Position numbers and translations under genes: made by a program. A stretch of 62,684 bases of DNA, filler included, from Basidioascus undulatus (taxonomy: Eukaryota), in the NCBI GenBank assembly GCA_000826855.1. It is 10 parts of 10 records of this genome, joined end to end, with 100 filler letters (N's around TTAATTAATTAA, not from the genome) between each part and the next. Parts side by side here need not be neighbours in the genome. Positions count along the whole stretch, not along the records: positions 1 to 25,190 come from JTLS01000224.1; 9 more parts are not named here. One strand, given 5' to 3'. Below the pieces are notes generated by a model that saw only the letters and a program-made list of their open reading frames with translations, was not told the origin of the DNA and made no database searches. Below, in pieces: positions 11,926 through 24,700 of the stretch (its first letter is position 1; every line of letters starts with the position of its first letter).

Positions 11926-13220
11926 ATGTCCACCTCGAACGCGACGCCGCCCAAGCCGCGCTTCGCCATCGCGTCCCTCTCCCTCGGCTCGTTCTTGTAT
12001 CACACCCTACCAGACAAGATCGTGACCGCGGCCAAGCTGTGCGTCTCTCCGTCCCTTCCCCTCCCCATCTCCCCTCACACTCCCTCCCCCCCACCAGCGG
12101 CTACGACGGGATCGAGATCTTCATGCCCGACTTTGAGGACTTCGTTCGTCAAGTCTCTATGGGACTGCACACCTCTCTCTTCCCGCTCGGGCTCCCCTCC
12201 CCGCTCAGCACCCCCGACCTCGAGCTCCTCTGCGCAACGGCCATCGGGGACTTCGCGACCTCCCACGGGCTGTCCATCCCGGTCCTGCAGCCCTTCCGGG
12301 ACTTCGAGGCAATCGGGCACTCCCCCTCCCTCCTCTCCGCGGCGCTCGCGCGGGCAGAGCGCTGGCTCCGCCTGATGCCCGCCATGCGCACCGACCTCCT
12401 CCTCGTCTGCTCAAACAACCTCCTCCCCCTCGACCCCTCCGACACGCCCTGGGAGCGATACCGCGACGACCAGGTCGTCGCCATGCGCGCGCTGGGCGAA
12501 CTCGCCGCGCGGTATGGCGTCAGGATCGGGTACGAGCCGCTTGCGTGGGGGACGGTCGTCAATCGCTGGGAACAGGTCTGGGAGGTCGTCCAGCGCGTGG
12601 ACATGCCCAACGTGGGCGTCATTCTGGACTCGTTCAACTCGCTGTGCGTCTTCCCCCCTTCCCCCTCCTTTCTCCATGCCTCCTCGCCCCGTCCTTCCTA
12701 CCTCGAACTTGCGCTCTGACACCCCTCTCCTTACAGCGGCCAGCAATACGCGGACCCGTCCTCCCCTTCCTCCGTCCGGCCCCCGCACGAGCTCGCCCAG
12801 CTCGCGCCCTCCCTCTCCCTCCTCACCACCTCCATCCCGCCCCACAAAATCTTCCTCCTCCAACTCGCCGATGCCGCGCGCCCCTCATCTCCCTTCCTCA
12901 CATCGAAAAACGCCCCCGCGCGGATGAAGTGGTCGCGCACCTCGCGGCTCTTCCCGTGCGAGAAGGAGCGCGGGGCGTTCCTCCCTGTCGAGCAGTACAC
13001 GGCCGCGGTGATGCAGACGGGCTTTGGCGGGTGGTGGAGCTTGGAGGTGTTTAATTCCAGTCTGGAGAGCGATGGGGAGGGGTGCATGGAGGAGCATGGG
13101 GGAAGGGGGATCAGGGGGCTGGAGGGACTTTGGGAGAGCGTGAGGAGCGGCGCGTGGAGGGAGGAGGGGAGGGAGGGCAAGGAGGGGAGAGCGGCGCTTA
13201 GGGCGCAGGCGCAGCTTTGA
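11926..13220 (+). CDS. 3-dehydroshikimate dehydratase-like protein (QutC/Qa-4 type, xylose-isomerase-like TIM barrel); 2 introns; alternative ATG at 11878
   Basis: FAIASLSLG, GYDGIEIF, LQPFRDFE, IGYEPLAWG, VDMPNVGVILDSFN, KIFLLQLADA, MKWSRTSRLFP, GWWSLEVFN. Confidence 0.85.
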
Positions 13221-14811
13221 GGGACATGGGGACGTGAGGATAGCCCCGCTTTGATTTTTCGATCATGATGTATTGGTTGTTGATTAGCACTATCGTACTT
13301 GACTTGAATTCATTTACGATTCAGGAACGATGTCCCTGGCGCCGCTTGCCGCCGTTTCGTAGCTGAGGTAGGTGTGTGCAAGTGCGTGCCTTCCCTGAGC
13401 CGCAACACTTCATCACCTGTCTGCGTGCGGACTGATTTGTCAAATTGAACCCGCCTTGTTTAAGTGTGCTCGGATGCCCAACAACTTCTGTAACTACCCA
13501 GGCGTGTCTGCTTGTTCGAAGGCAGCCAGAGAACATGGCTAGAGCCTTCATGGCCCGCCCCCCTGCGCGCGCACATCTCCCATCATTGTTACCGCCAGCA
13601 GTCCTATGTCACTCCCAATAGGTTCAAATACATAAAAGTTTCTTGATTCGTGGCTTTTGGTGGTTGAGAGCGTTGAGATCCCTTGAACGAACGGTTCAGG
13701 CCGAGCTCCTTAAAGAGCAGCGGTGGCGCGGACTAAACTTCCTTCGCAGCATGCAGGCGTGCCACGGCGGGACAGTACGCTGAGCCTCATTGAAAGAAAT
13801 TTTTATTTTATTCGACTCCACCGGTAGATATCAAAGGGCAGACGGGCATGCGGGTGAGCCCTACGTACGACACACTGCCTCGGCCCGCCATCCATGTCTT
13901 TGGGGCCCCGGTGCTGCCGCACAAGGCGTTTTGGGACAGTCAAATATTCACACCTGCATGAGATGTGGAATCTGCTTCATTTCATTGTCCTGTATGCTGA
14001 GAGACCACTGCACCCCATCGTCCAGTCGTAAGCTTCCCAAATTTCCCAGCTTCCTTCGCTAAACTTGAAATGCTTCATCTGGGTGGATCATTTATACTTC
14101 CTTCACACTCTTTACTCTGCAACATTCATTGGGGAAAGAGGCTCTACATTCGCTTCTGCCGTCCTCGCCTGAATGTGTTAGACGACGCAGCGGGTGGCGG
14201 CTCCCTGGCGTCCCGCAGCCTCAGAGTGTGTGTCTCAGGAGCAAAAGGAAAAGTCGTAGAACGTCTAGTCATTCCGCAAGAGAGAGAGCAAGGTGAAATG
14301 TTCTGCAAGGAAGATGGGCTTTATGGATGGACATTACAGAAACATTCATGCGTTCTGGGAAACGGCCCAGGCTGCCGCATGCTTTTATTATCAATACATT
14401 CGGGGGGCCGAGCGTTGGTTGATAACAATTTAGGATGGTATTGATCACGAGTTCGTCCAGTTCGGACAGTCTAATATGTCGTAGCGGTCAAAATCCGTGG
14501 TGGTCGGCTCTGCACAAGTGATTCGTAAAATGCAGCTACAGTCGGGCGGACACGACGGCGAAAGTCCCTTTCGTGAAAGTACTGTCTTTTTGCTCAACCT
14601 GTCTTTTGCAACCTTCGGTTTGAGCAGGGCAGGGCTGTAGGACGGTGCGACTAGCCGAGGGAGAGTGGACTCTCCTCGATGTCAGCCTGCGCAAGCTGCC
14701 AGGCCTGCGTGAGCCGTGTCCGTACTTGCCTTCAACCACCGCCAGCTCACCGCCCACGCAGAACTTCACCCAGTTTCTCTGCCTGACGCCTCCTTTTCGG
14801 ATCTGAATCTC

Positions 14812-15680
14812 ATGACTTCCATGGTCAGTAGCAGGCTTCCCTGGCGGCTGTCTCGACGTTCCCCTCGGGCGATCTCTTTGTTCTTATCCTGGAGAACTCG
14901 TACGCGGACGCCACCAGCGGAAGATACGACACTGCTAACCTCCTTCAGGTCCTCCGCTTCTCTCGTGTCGCGCTCATTCGAGGCGATTATCAGCCCCTCA
15001 TCTTCGAGAGCATCCGCCTCGATACCAATCAGTCAGTAAAAGGCTTTCGCAGACCTTGTCGTCGACCGTCCGGACCTCGCGGCCAAGGTCTCGTCCCTCT
15101 ACCTCGATCACGTACATCCAGTTCAGCCTCAGGCTGCCACCGTCCTCTCGCCATGCGCCAGCCTCTCTGATCTAGACTCCACTTCCACGCGGAGGGGTAG
15201 TCTTACGACGACGCCTGGCTCCATCATTTCGGGGTATCGATCGAGCGCCTGATATCGGCCCTCCCTATTCTCTATCCGGACCAGTCTCGTTCTTTGTGAG
15301 CGGCCTTTCGGTAAGCCTGGAGGCCATAACAGCCGCGGGGGTAGCGAAAGCGCTCCTTCCCGTCCTCCAAAAGGATCGGGCACGCTTGAAAGTGATCGAA
15401 AGCCAAGACTTTTTCGGAAACGGTATCCAGAAACACTTTGCAAAACATGCGTATGACAAGGTCTCCGTCGGCTCTGTTCTCAGTAGGAGTGAAGCGCAAG
15501 AGCCTCTAGACATCGTGCAGAACCGTGGAACCGCAGAGGTGGAAATCCTGGTATACTCTCTCGACCATAGACAGGTGGGATGCCCAGCTTGATGAGGAAG
15601 ACGTCTACTGCCCACTCGAAGATAAGCCGGCCGACGTGAAGCAGCGGGTGAAGATTCTCGTTGTCGAGGCGTGATTCTTG
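14812..15680 (+). pseudogene. F-box-like pseudogene, paralog of 16407-17300
   Basis: Clear nucleotide similarity to the next copy (ccggacctcgcggccaaggtctcgt, gccgacgtgaagcagcgggtgaagatt), but broken by several frameshifts. Confidence 0.65.
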
Positions 15681-16406
15681 ACTGTGACGTTGCATTGCTT
15701 TCCTGGCGTGTGATTGCGATTATACAAATACCATTTTTTCGCTCTCAACTGGGGTGTCTGCCTGTGTTGTGATTTGAAGCTATCCATGTGGGCAAAAACT
15801 TCGCAATGTGCGCCAGCTTGGATTCAAGAAGCCCCTCAAGACTCTAAGATCCGCGTGGCTCGGTCAGACCATTCAAGATAATTCCTTCCCCTTGGCTTTA
15901 GGTGCTTTTATCGGTTCGAAGATGTCTTTATGTGGAATACGGCAGAAGTCAGATGTTGGTTGGCAGGCGGTGTTGCTGACTGCCCAGCGCTGGTGAAAGT
16001 AAAAACTCTCGAAATCCTGGCCTTCAGCTGAGTCGAACTTCACTGCAATCATGCAGAATCCGGCGCCTGATTGATAGTTTCCACGTGCATGCGTATATAG
16101 GCGTCACTTGGGTTGGGGGATGCTAACCAGGTCATTTTGCTTGTCCAGTCTTGCGTGTCATGTGGCTGGTTGAGAGTACAGGCAGAAAACGTTGACCTGG
16201 CGTTCACAAAGGGTGCATAGATCCACTGAATGGAGGAAAGCTATCTTTGCCGTGACGAGATGAAAGGGGGCGGAACACGGGTTGCTGTGCTTGCTGTGCT
16301 CCGCCCGTCCCAAGCCTCCTTGTCCTTAGACCACCAACAACTCACCGAACTCACAAGCCCTCACCCACCCATTTCGAGCGCTCGAGACCTTTCAAGGTTC
16401 AAGCCC

Positions 16407-17300
16407 ATGGCTTCCGTCGTTCAGTATCACACCTCCAGGGCCGTCCCGGCTGGCGCCAGGTTTTCGGCGGAGCTGTTCGTCCTCGTTCTCGAGAACTTGT
16501 ACGCAGACGCCAGCAGCGACGGGTACGCGATGGCCAATCTCCGGAAGATTCTAGGAATTCGCCTTGTCTCCCGCTCTTTCGAGGCGATCATCACCCCTCT
16601 TGTCTTCGAGAACATCGCCCTCGAGACCAACAATGCCCAAAAGGCCTTCGCAGAGCTCGTCGTCGCCCGCCCGGACCTCGCGGCCAAGGTCTCGTTCCTC
16701 TACCTTGACCACGTCCACCCTAGTCAGCCTCAGGCGGTCACAATCTGTCCACATGTGTCAACGTCTCTGACCTTGGACTCCACTTCAAGGAGGATGCGGG
16801 TGACGCGATGGGATATGAGCTTCCCGACGGTGAAATTTACTTCTATCGTCCCTCAATACTCACCGACCGGTTTGTATCGGCCCTCTCATCCCTCAATCCT
16901 GGGCCAACCTCGTTCTCATTGAGCGGATTCTTGGGGACAATTCCCACTTTGAGAGGCACGCAGTTGCTCGAGAAGCTCCTTTGTGTCGTTGAGCACGATT
17001 GGGGCCGTCTGAAATAGATCGAAAGCGAAAACATTTTCGGGATTACAGGGTTTGCGTACCACCTAGCCACTCACCCTTATGACAAAGTCATAATCGGTCC
17101 GGACCTCGGTGCAGATGAAGGGGATCAGCTTCTGCAAATTATGCGCAATCGCGGAGTCGCACTGCTGGAAATCCGCCTGTACTCCATCTTTCATCCGGAG
17201 CGGCCAGATCTCGCGCTTTCTTACGAGGATCTCAGCCGCTGGATTTGCGATGAGCCGGACGTCGTGAAGCAGCGGGTGGAGATTGTTGTGGTCGAGGAAT
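16407..17300 (+). pseudogene. F-box-like gene, probably degenerate
   Basis: MASVVQYH...FSAELFVLVLENL...IRLVSRSFEAIITPLVFENIAL...RPDLAAKVSFLYL. The ORF stops at 16922 while similarity to the paralog continues to about 17300. Confidence 0.55.
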
Positions 17301-17716
17301 GAGCCCAAACTGCAACCATCGGGCTTGTAGTTATGCAAATGAGCTTTTGACTTGTCGCTTATCCGGTTGTGCTTCCTTGCATGTTATTAAACTTGCTGCT
17401 ATTCGTGTGAGTGAAATTGTGCGTTCCCACTGCAATTGGAAAGACCGACGAACACTCAAAAGCGGTATATCTCAGTCAGACCATTCACTAAGTTTTCGGT
17501 AAGTATGCCGTTGTTATGAACGCCATGAAGCGGACCTACGGAAGAGGCGTATGTGAGAATGTCGTTGTTCCTGCAAGGGGCGAGATCAGAGCCGAAGCAT
17601 TTTTCGCCAGCGCGCCGCTAGACCACGGTCTATTTGAATATGCCGGTTTAATACAGGTAACAGTTGCTTAGCCAGCTACCACCACACTCACTCTCTAAGA
17701 AGCCCGCCTTCTCAGC

Positions 17717-18289
17717 GTGCGTCGTCGAAAGCCCACAGCTCCCCTGTCCCTGTTCAGCATCACCCTGCCGTCCATAATTTCATCCACCACCTCGAGCGAG
17801 CTTCAGAGCCCTTCCAAGCTCCGGGCCAAGCTCTTCGTGCCCGTCCTCCAGCAATCGTCCGCCGCCCCAATCAAGAACGACTACAGCGTAGATAGCCTGC
17901 AGCAGCTCCTGCCGCTGCGCCTCGTTTCATTGGCTTTCGATGACTTCATCACCCCTCTCATTTTCCAGAGGGTCCGTTTGGAGAGCCATGAAGTCCAACA
18001 AGCTTTTTCTCAGCTCCTCCATGTCCGACTGGACCTTGGGAAACACATTCGTGAACTGTACTTTGCCATTGATCGCGTTCGCCCTCTCCAAGTGCACGTG
18101 GAGCACATCTTTTCGGCGTACAAGGACTCAAACCTTTCTCACCTCGAACTTCGCTTCGAAGTATCTTACGAGCCAATCAGGCGGCATACTGTGAGGACGC
18201 ATGTCACCTTTTTTTTGGCGGAGGCTATCGCACTTTCGCTCGACAACCGGCCTGAAAATGGCATCTTGAGCATTGCGAGGAACCTGTGA
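17717..18289 (+). pseudogene. Third, more diverged F-box-like paralog
   Basis: LRLVSLAFDDFITPLIFQRVRLES..QQAFSQLLHVRLDLGKHIRELYF aligns by eye to the 16407 protein. No in-frame ATG is visible. Confidence 0.55.
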
Positions 18290-19077
18290 TCACATCACTA
18301 AAGGTGCGTGTTTTCCCTGATTTCCTGGTTTGTCCAGGCACTGGGATGCAGGCGGAATGCTTCTGACATGCCGGAGCAGTGCCATGAGCAAGGTAGAGAT
18401 CATGGTTCTCGATTGACTCGAATGTTTACCGGGTTTACAAGCTCATCTTGACTCGTTGTGCTCTGCTTGAAATACCCAGTGGGTTTACTCTTTTCGATAC
18501 ATGTCTAGCTTGATCAAGGCAAGCATCAGTCTGCAGTCAGATGCGTCCGCACGCCTGAACGCCTTGCGCGGCCCAGCATGTGAAAAAAACAGATCATGAA
18601 ATTTCACTTTGAAGCCTTGAAGGCTGTTTACCTTTAATATTCAAAATGCAAGTGGACCTTAACCGAGTGCGAGGACAAGTGGGATTCTGAGCAGGCGACG
18701 GGGCGTGCTGGACCGGGGGTGCCAGCCTCTGACCTTTAGATGTAGACAAATGACATAGGTATTGATCCTCAGAGAGTTTGGGGCTGAATAACAAATGAAT
18801 ATGTGAGGGTAGTGAGCCTCAAACTTTTGCGAGCTCTTTCGCGGACACACTGTCGCTTACGGAAGGCGGTTACGTACAGCCCAAGGCTCGCTCGCTCGCG
18901 CCCCTTCAGGCGCAACTTTTTCGAATCGCCTCTTGCTCTCCATCCATTTGGTGCGTCTTCGACGTTGCGCATAGTCGCTCGCTGCTGTGCTCGTCATGCT
19001 GACTGTGCTACTGTTGACGATGCGTCTGCAGTCACCGCTGTCTCATTCTTGACCGCCCGTCGACAAAAGCAGCCAAG

Positions 19078-19746
19078 ATGAGTTACGTCGCAAAGGACAA
19101 GGACTTCGACGCCTCCGCGCCGGCCGCTAAGGCCCACAAGATCCGCATCACCCTCACCTCGCGGAACGTCAAGAACCTCGAGAAGTGTGAGTCTCCATCC
19201 TTCCCAGTTCGGCCTCGGGACTGGGGCTTGAGGCGGGTTCCGGTGGGCTGGAGGCGCGCACGCGAGCTGCGGGATGGGTCGGCGGAGGAAGACGGCACCT
19301 GGGAGGCTGTGGAGGCGGTGAAGCGTAGGACATTGTGCTGAGTGCCTACGCCGGACCTGCAGTCTCGAACGACCTCATCAACCGTGCGAAGGACAAGGAC
19401 CTCCGCGTCAAGGGCCCCGTCCGTCTCCCGACCAAGGTCCTCCGCATCACCACCCGCAAGTCGGTCAGTCTGCCTCTCCTTTCTCTCGATCCAATGCTTT
19501 CCAGATAGAGCTCACCCACCCGACGTCTACAGCCCTGTGGTGAGGGTTCCAAGACCTGGGACCGCTACGAGATGAAGATCCACAAGCGTCTCATCGACCT
19601 CACTGCCTCGTCCGACATCGTCAAGCAGATCGTGTGTCCCTCTTTCCGTCCGGATCCCCACGTTCCGTTGCTAAACCTATCTCCCCCCGCAGACCTCGAT
19701 CTCGCTCGAGCCTGGTGTCGACGTCGAGGTCACCATCGCTGCCTAA
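19078..19746 (+). CDS. RPS20: 40S ribosomal protein S20 (uS10); 4 coding exons plus a likely 5'UTR intron at ~18951-19030
   Basis: [96 protein letters not shown]. Confidence 0.98.
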
Positions 19747-20366
19747 GCGGTGGTCGCCGCGGCGGACTTGCGCTGACCTCCCTCCGAGGCTCGGAACGCA
19801 CGTACCGAGGCTATGCCCATGTTGATTGCACGCGCATGCTACATACACTTATGTGGCCTCTTGGGGCTTCTCATGGTTTCGCCAAACGTTCGTCGTGTGT
19901 CGGTCTGCCTGCCTCGTCTCCTTCAGCAGTGCGCGTTGCCGCCGCTCGTCGCAGTCGGTCCGGCCCTTGAGATGGTGCGGCTGGAGCTTGTCATGACAGT
20001 TTTAGGGCATTGGAAGGTGTAGGGCCGTGCTCGATATGTGATTTAGTGCACGGCAGATGGCTTCATGGCCACGTTTTCCTCTGGCCGGATCGTGTTGCGC
20101 TCTGCTGAGTTCTGCGCGCCAAGCTATCGCTGCTCGTCTGGCGTAGTTACATAGCGTCCTCCTGTGTTTACGCAATTATGGAGCAGGTACCGATGAGACC
20201 TGTTCGTCGGCCGCCCCGATCTACGCTCCCGAAGGTATGCATGGTTCCATCTTGTACCCACCGATATACGCCCGGACTGTTCCCACCTTGGAGCTTCCTC
20301 TACCCATTCCGCCGCAAGCACACTTGAAACGTCAAGCGCTCGTCAAGTCCAACCACCGCAAAGCTT

Positions 20367-21329
20367 TCATGACCCCGCCCCCTCGACCCTATTTGCCCCT
20401 TCCACAGCCCTCTCCACCTCCTCCAGCAGCCTCCTCAGCGCGTCGCGCTCCTTCTCCTGCACGCCCCTGAGCTCCTCAGGGAGGTACACCGGCTTCCCCT
20501 GCGCCGAGTGGCGGTCGAGCCCGAGCAGGCGCTCTAGGACGACCGAGCGCTCGCGCTCGTCGGCGGGGAGGGCGTCGATCGTCGAGAGCACGGGGAGGAG
20601 CGAGGGATTCGAGGCGAGAAGGGCCCGGATCGGGCGGGAGGTCGCTGGAGGACAAGCACGTTTAGGCTGGCACTCGGAAGAGGAGGTGCGGTGATGGGGC
20701 AGGGGAGGGGACGGACCGATGGACAGCACCTCGTGCCGCCGGAGAGGCTTCGGGTCGTTGCGCTTGAGCGGGTCGGTGAAGAGGCTCTCGTCGGGCTCGG
20801 CAGGCCACTTAAGCGAGGAAAGAGGACGGAGCGTCGAGAGAGGGGTGACGGGGCGGTCGAGGGCGGGAGGTGGTGGCGCTGGCGCGGACGCCGATTCAGT
20901 CGCGGCGACCTGGTCGGATGTTGACGGTTCTGCTTGTTCTTCAGAGGTAAAATACAATGAGAACGCCTGTTCATGTGGTTGGGAAACCAGATTGGCGCAC
21001 CTGATGTAGCTGCGTTCGAGGACGGACCAGCTGTGGCGGCGGGGGAACCGGTACCGGCAATCGCAGCTACGGTCGAGATGCGAAACAGGCACATGAGCTT
21101 CATAGCGCTCAAAGAAACCGAAAAATAGAATTACATTTATGTTTACGATAGCAACGAAGCGAGCAGCTAAGTGGAATGCCCCGAAACGAAGCGAGCGAAA
21201 AAAATCAGCAGGCCAGATCGGCGAACGCGGAGCTAGAGGGACGACAGACGAGAGGACGCCGTCTCCTGGGTTAGTGTATTTCGATTCGTTCTGTGAGCAT
21301 ATTTGACAGAGAGGGCGCTTTGGAGGCAT
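20367..21329 (-). CDS. zf-HIT protein (Hit1/ZNHIT3-like, box C/D snoRNP assembly)
   Basis: Spliced N-terminus CQICSQNESKYTNPGDGVLSCSLRCYRKHK. C-terminus LRPLSSLKWP..DPLKRNDPKPL..IATSRPIRALL..LLPVLSTIDAL. Confidence 0.75.
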   Translation of the reverse strand: MPPKRPLCQICSQNESKYTNPGDGVLSSVVPLAPRSPIWPADFFRSLRFGAFHLAARFVAIVNINVILFFGFFERYEAHVPVSHLDRSCDCRYRFPRRHSWSVLERSYIRCANLVSQPHEQAFSLYFTSEEQAEPSTSDQVAATESASAPAPPPPALDRPVTPLSTLRPLSSLKWPAEPDESLFTDPLKRNDPKPLRRHEVLSIGPSPPLPHHRTSSSECQPKRACPPATSRPIRALLASNPSLLPVLSTIDALPADERERSVVLERLLGLDRHSAQGKPVYLPEELRGVQEKERDALRRLLEEVERAVEGANRVEGAGS

Positions 21330-21984
21330 TGTCAGCGCAGTGAAGGAGCGTAAAAAGGTGTTGCAGGTTGAAGGCAAAAAGCAGTCCTATGCGCGTCGCT
21401 TGGCATTGGCTTGGGTTACGTAATCGGCGAAAAGACTTTCACTGCGTCGCGGACATAACCTCTGTTCCTGTGAACATGGCGTGGATGGGGGCTGAATTGA
21501 ACACATTCATATTCGCCAGGCTCTACGCTTGCCGGTAATGACGAGAAAAGTGGTCCATGCCAGCCGGGCCTGCGCACCGCTTCGCCAAATAACGCAACTT
21601 TCGAGCAGCGTCTTCGACATGCCATACCTGCCAAAGAGAAGCCAGAATATGATATATATAATGTTTCCATTTAATAGTACTTTGTGGAAGCTCAGGGCAA
21701 GTGAATGATGTGGAAACCACGGCATGGGGCCATGCCGCTGAGCCGCAGTGTCGCCTAGCGGTGGACCTTCAGAATGTAGCATCAGACTCGAGATGATTTA
21801 ATGCTGAGAAGGTCTATAATAAAAACCAAGGTTCTTCTTGTCCTGACTCCATCGAGACTAGCCACATGACTTCAAGCGATAAAGAGCAGCAAGTTGCCCC
21901 AGGTACCATCCTTTCGACATGGCCAAGAACACAAATGCATTTGAGAGTATACGCAGCGCCTCTTCACCCTTATCTTCACCTTCG

Positions 21985-23315
21985 TCAGTCTAACGGCTCC
22001 TGCTCGACCTCAAGAGACCCACCCGAAGTATCCCCGTCCCGCCGGTACAGCCTTTTCATGCAGTAGTCCCAAGTCATCGGCATCCCACCGGTCTCCTTCC
22101 AAACCGTCACGACCGGGCCGACCGGCAAAATGATAAACGGACTGCTGAACTCGCCCTCATAGGAAGACCGGCCGCCATGTGTCCGAAAGGTTGCCACGCC
22201 CGTACGTCGTCCCCGCCGAAACGACGTTCACAAATGGAGCGCGACTCAGGTGTGGACAGCGTGCCGCGGTTGGTGAAGCCTTTGTGCGAGGAGCTTGACG
22301 GCAGTGAACGCGAAAGCACGAGAGCCGTATGGAGTCACCGGGGGACCGAGCAGAGATAAGCATGCCAGTCGCCTTCCTCGTGTCCCAGAGGACCAGAGCC
22401 GGGTTCGCTGGGAAGGCGCTTCGCCCAGGGAGTCCCCCCTCTAAGCTCACCGCATGCTGCGGCCCGGCAGGCCGCTTTGAAGGCGGTGAGGTGCAGGGGG
22501 TGGCTCGAACCGAACCGATAAAGGAGAAAAGTCGTCAGGCGCGAAAGATTCGACGATGAGAGACAGGATGACCAAAGAAAGCAGTTCGAAAGGCGCAAGA
22601 GCATGATTCGATGCCGGGGGGACGAAACGGTCTCGAAAGACTACCGGGCGGAGAGTTGGAAGCCTGTGGAGTCGGAATAAGGATGTCAGATTTTGAAACA
22701 GCGATGCCTCTACGGAATGCGGTGCATTCGATATTCGCAATTCACTTGCCCGGGTCCCTCAGCGCCGCCGCTTCACGCCATCTGAAGGGGTTTCCCAAGA
22801 ACCACTCAGCTGCCGAACCGAACTTCCCACGAGTGCTCCCTCCTTCATCCAGAAGACCCCATGCCATGCGCGTCGAGTTCACGGCGAGCTGGCTGACGAA
22901 CTCTGCGAGGGCAGTGAGGGCCTCGGGCGAGTCGTCCCCCAGCCCAAACCAAGCGAGACAAATGTCCAAGCAGGCTGAGTGGAAGATGGGCATCCCCTGT
23001 TGGGAATGCTGCTGAATGGACCGGAGCTGTGGAAACGCGAATGGGTTTGAATGGAAAGGCAATTAGTTGCTCGCAAAAGAGGCACGAGCGAGAGTCCAGC
23101 CCGCACCTGACGCTCATCGTCATGCCGTTGTCATTGTGCCTCCTATAGGAGATCCCCGCGTCCACAGGCACGGCCTTGTCCTTCACCCCCCGAGCGATCT
23201 CGAGCAGGACTGCGCTGGAAAGGTGGGCGATATCGTCCGACGTGAGCTCTGGAGGCGGAGGAGGGCTGTTGGAGTGGAGGAACGGTGCGCAACAGAGGGA
23301 GCAGCAGAAACGCAT
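21985..23315 (-). pseudogene. Hypothetical protein with a CxxC..PF / FHxxC N-terminal region and an F-box-like segment; appears frameshifted
   Basis: MRFCCSLCCAPF..., PIFHSACLDICL, APFELLSLVILSLIVESF lie in different frames with plausible splice sites. I could not assemble a clean model. Confidence 0.3.
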
Positions 23316-23699
23316 GGCGAATGATAGAGGTTTGGGTGTAGGTGGCGAATCGGTCGGAGCTCGAGGGAAGACGAGCCTACGGTTATCAAGAAACAGGGGC
23401 GGGAAACGAACGAAGAACTTGACCATGGAAGCCGACATTGTTGTCGATCTTAATTTCTTTTCCAGATTGGCCTGTCTGGGGAGGACGGTGGGAAGGGTCC
23501 GCGGCGGCCTGCCTGTGGGGCTGGAACTCTACCGGACCGAGTGCGTGAATACACTGCAATAACACTGCAAGGCCGCAGAACGCCCCGCAAAGCAGGAATG
23601 TGAGAAAAAAATCCTTATGGCTCTAAGGATTCATACGAGGAGGAGAGTATCACAAAGAAAGTCTTGGTAGACATTTTAGTTGAACGACAGGCATGCTGT

Positions 23700-24700
23700 G
23701 TACGGACGCTGGCTTCCATGCTTCCAATTACGTACTGTTTCCAAAAATTGATAAATCCACTCTTTAACCCCGTATTTCTTATCAGACTTTTTACCCTTGA
23801 GGAGACTAGAATTGTGATCGGATAAGACATAGCGAAAACATAGCCGTCACACTGGGATGCGAAAACGTACCATGGCACGATGCTGAAAGCATTCCATAGT
23901 GCAATACACCAGGGTGGGCCATAAATGAAAGAAATTGTGAAAATACAGTGCAGAACTATTACTTGTAGGGGATAGAGAAATGTGAAGGCGATATTGACCC
24001 CGCAGTCTTGCCGGCTGCGGACCAAAGCAAAGTGATCGCAAGGCCGACAAGTGCAGTGAACCCGGGAAGGGAGAGGAGGACGCCTGCGTTGGAGGTTTAG
24101 GTCGAGCTAGAGACCGAATCGGTCGCCGTGGTGGTGGTGCTGTCAACGTCCGCCGTACTGGTGCTCGAGGTCGAGCCGTCCATCGTAGTGGTGGCAGTGG
24201 GGTACGTGCCTGTTGTCGATGAGATGTCAGCCCATCTCCAGGCTCAGTGGAGGGAAACTAGGTGATATTCCAGAACTCACTGTACTCGGCCTTTATCTCA
24301 AGGTTTCGCTGGTGGTGCAAACGTCCGTGGTGTCGTTCGTGTTGGTGAAGATGAGCTGGTAACCGGTCGTAGGCTGAGATCGAGCGCGTACATGCCGTTG
24401 AGGACCCAGGACTGGTCGTAGGATATGATAAAATAAATCAACGCAACCATGCTAGAGGCGACTTCCAAGATGGGGAGCAAGAGCGCACCAGGAACGTTCA
24501 CAGCAACCGCCTGGGAACTGGAGCGGGCATTTCAACAAGCGCTCGCATGAAAGCAAATGAGGCAAGACATCCAAATAAGTACTCACCCGCTCAGAACAGA
24601 AGTGTTGCTGTTCTTGATGCAGACGTTGAACTCGCACGGGCTCGAGCCTGTCCAGGCAAAGGCCTGCGTGACATTACCTTTGATAACGCTCCGGAAGGTC
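23700..24700 (-). CDS. Possible small multi-exon membrane protein, or a remnant of one
   Basis: Hydrophobic ORF pieces (ALLLPILEVASSMVALIYFIISY; FTFLYPLQVIVLHCIFTISFIYG) flanked by gtgagt donors. Gene model unresolved. Confidence 0.25.

Noticed and set aside
21700..21810. Possible box C/D snoRNA (ATGATG...CTGA...ATGATT...CTGA with a CGGCATGG/CCATGCCG stem)
   Set aside because: The C boxes are imperfect and I recognise no rRNA-complementary guide or terminal stem. It would need snoscan/Rfam to revisit.
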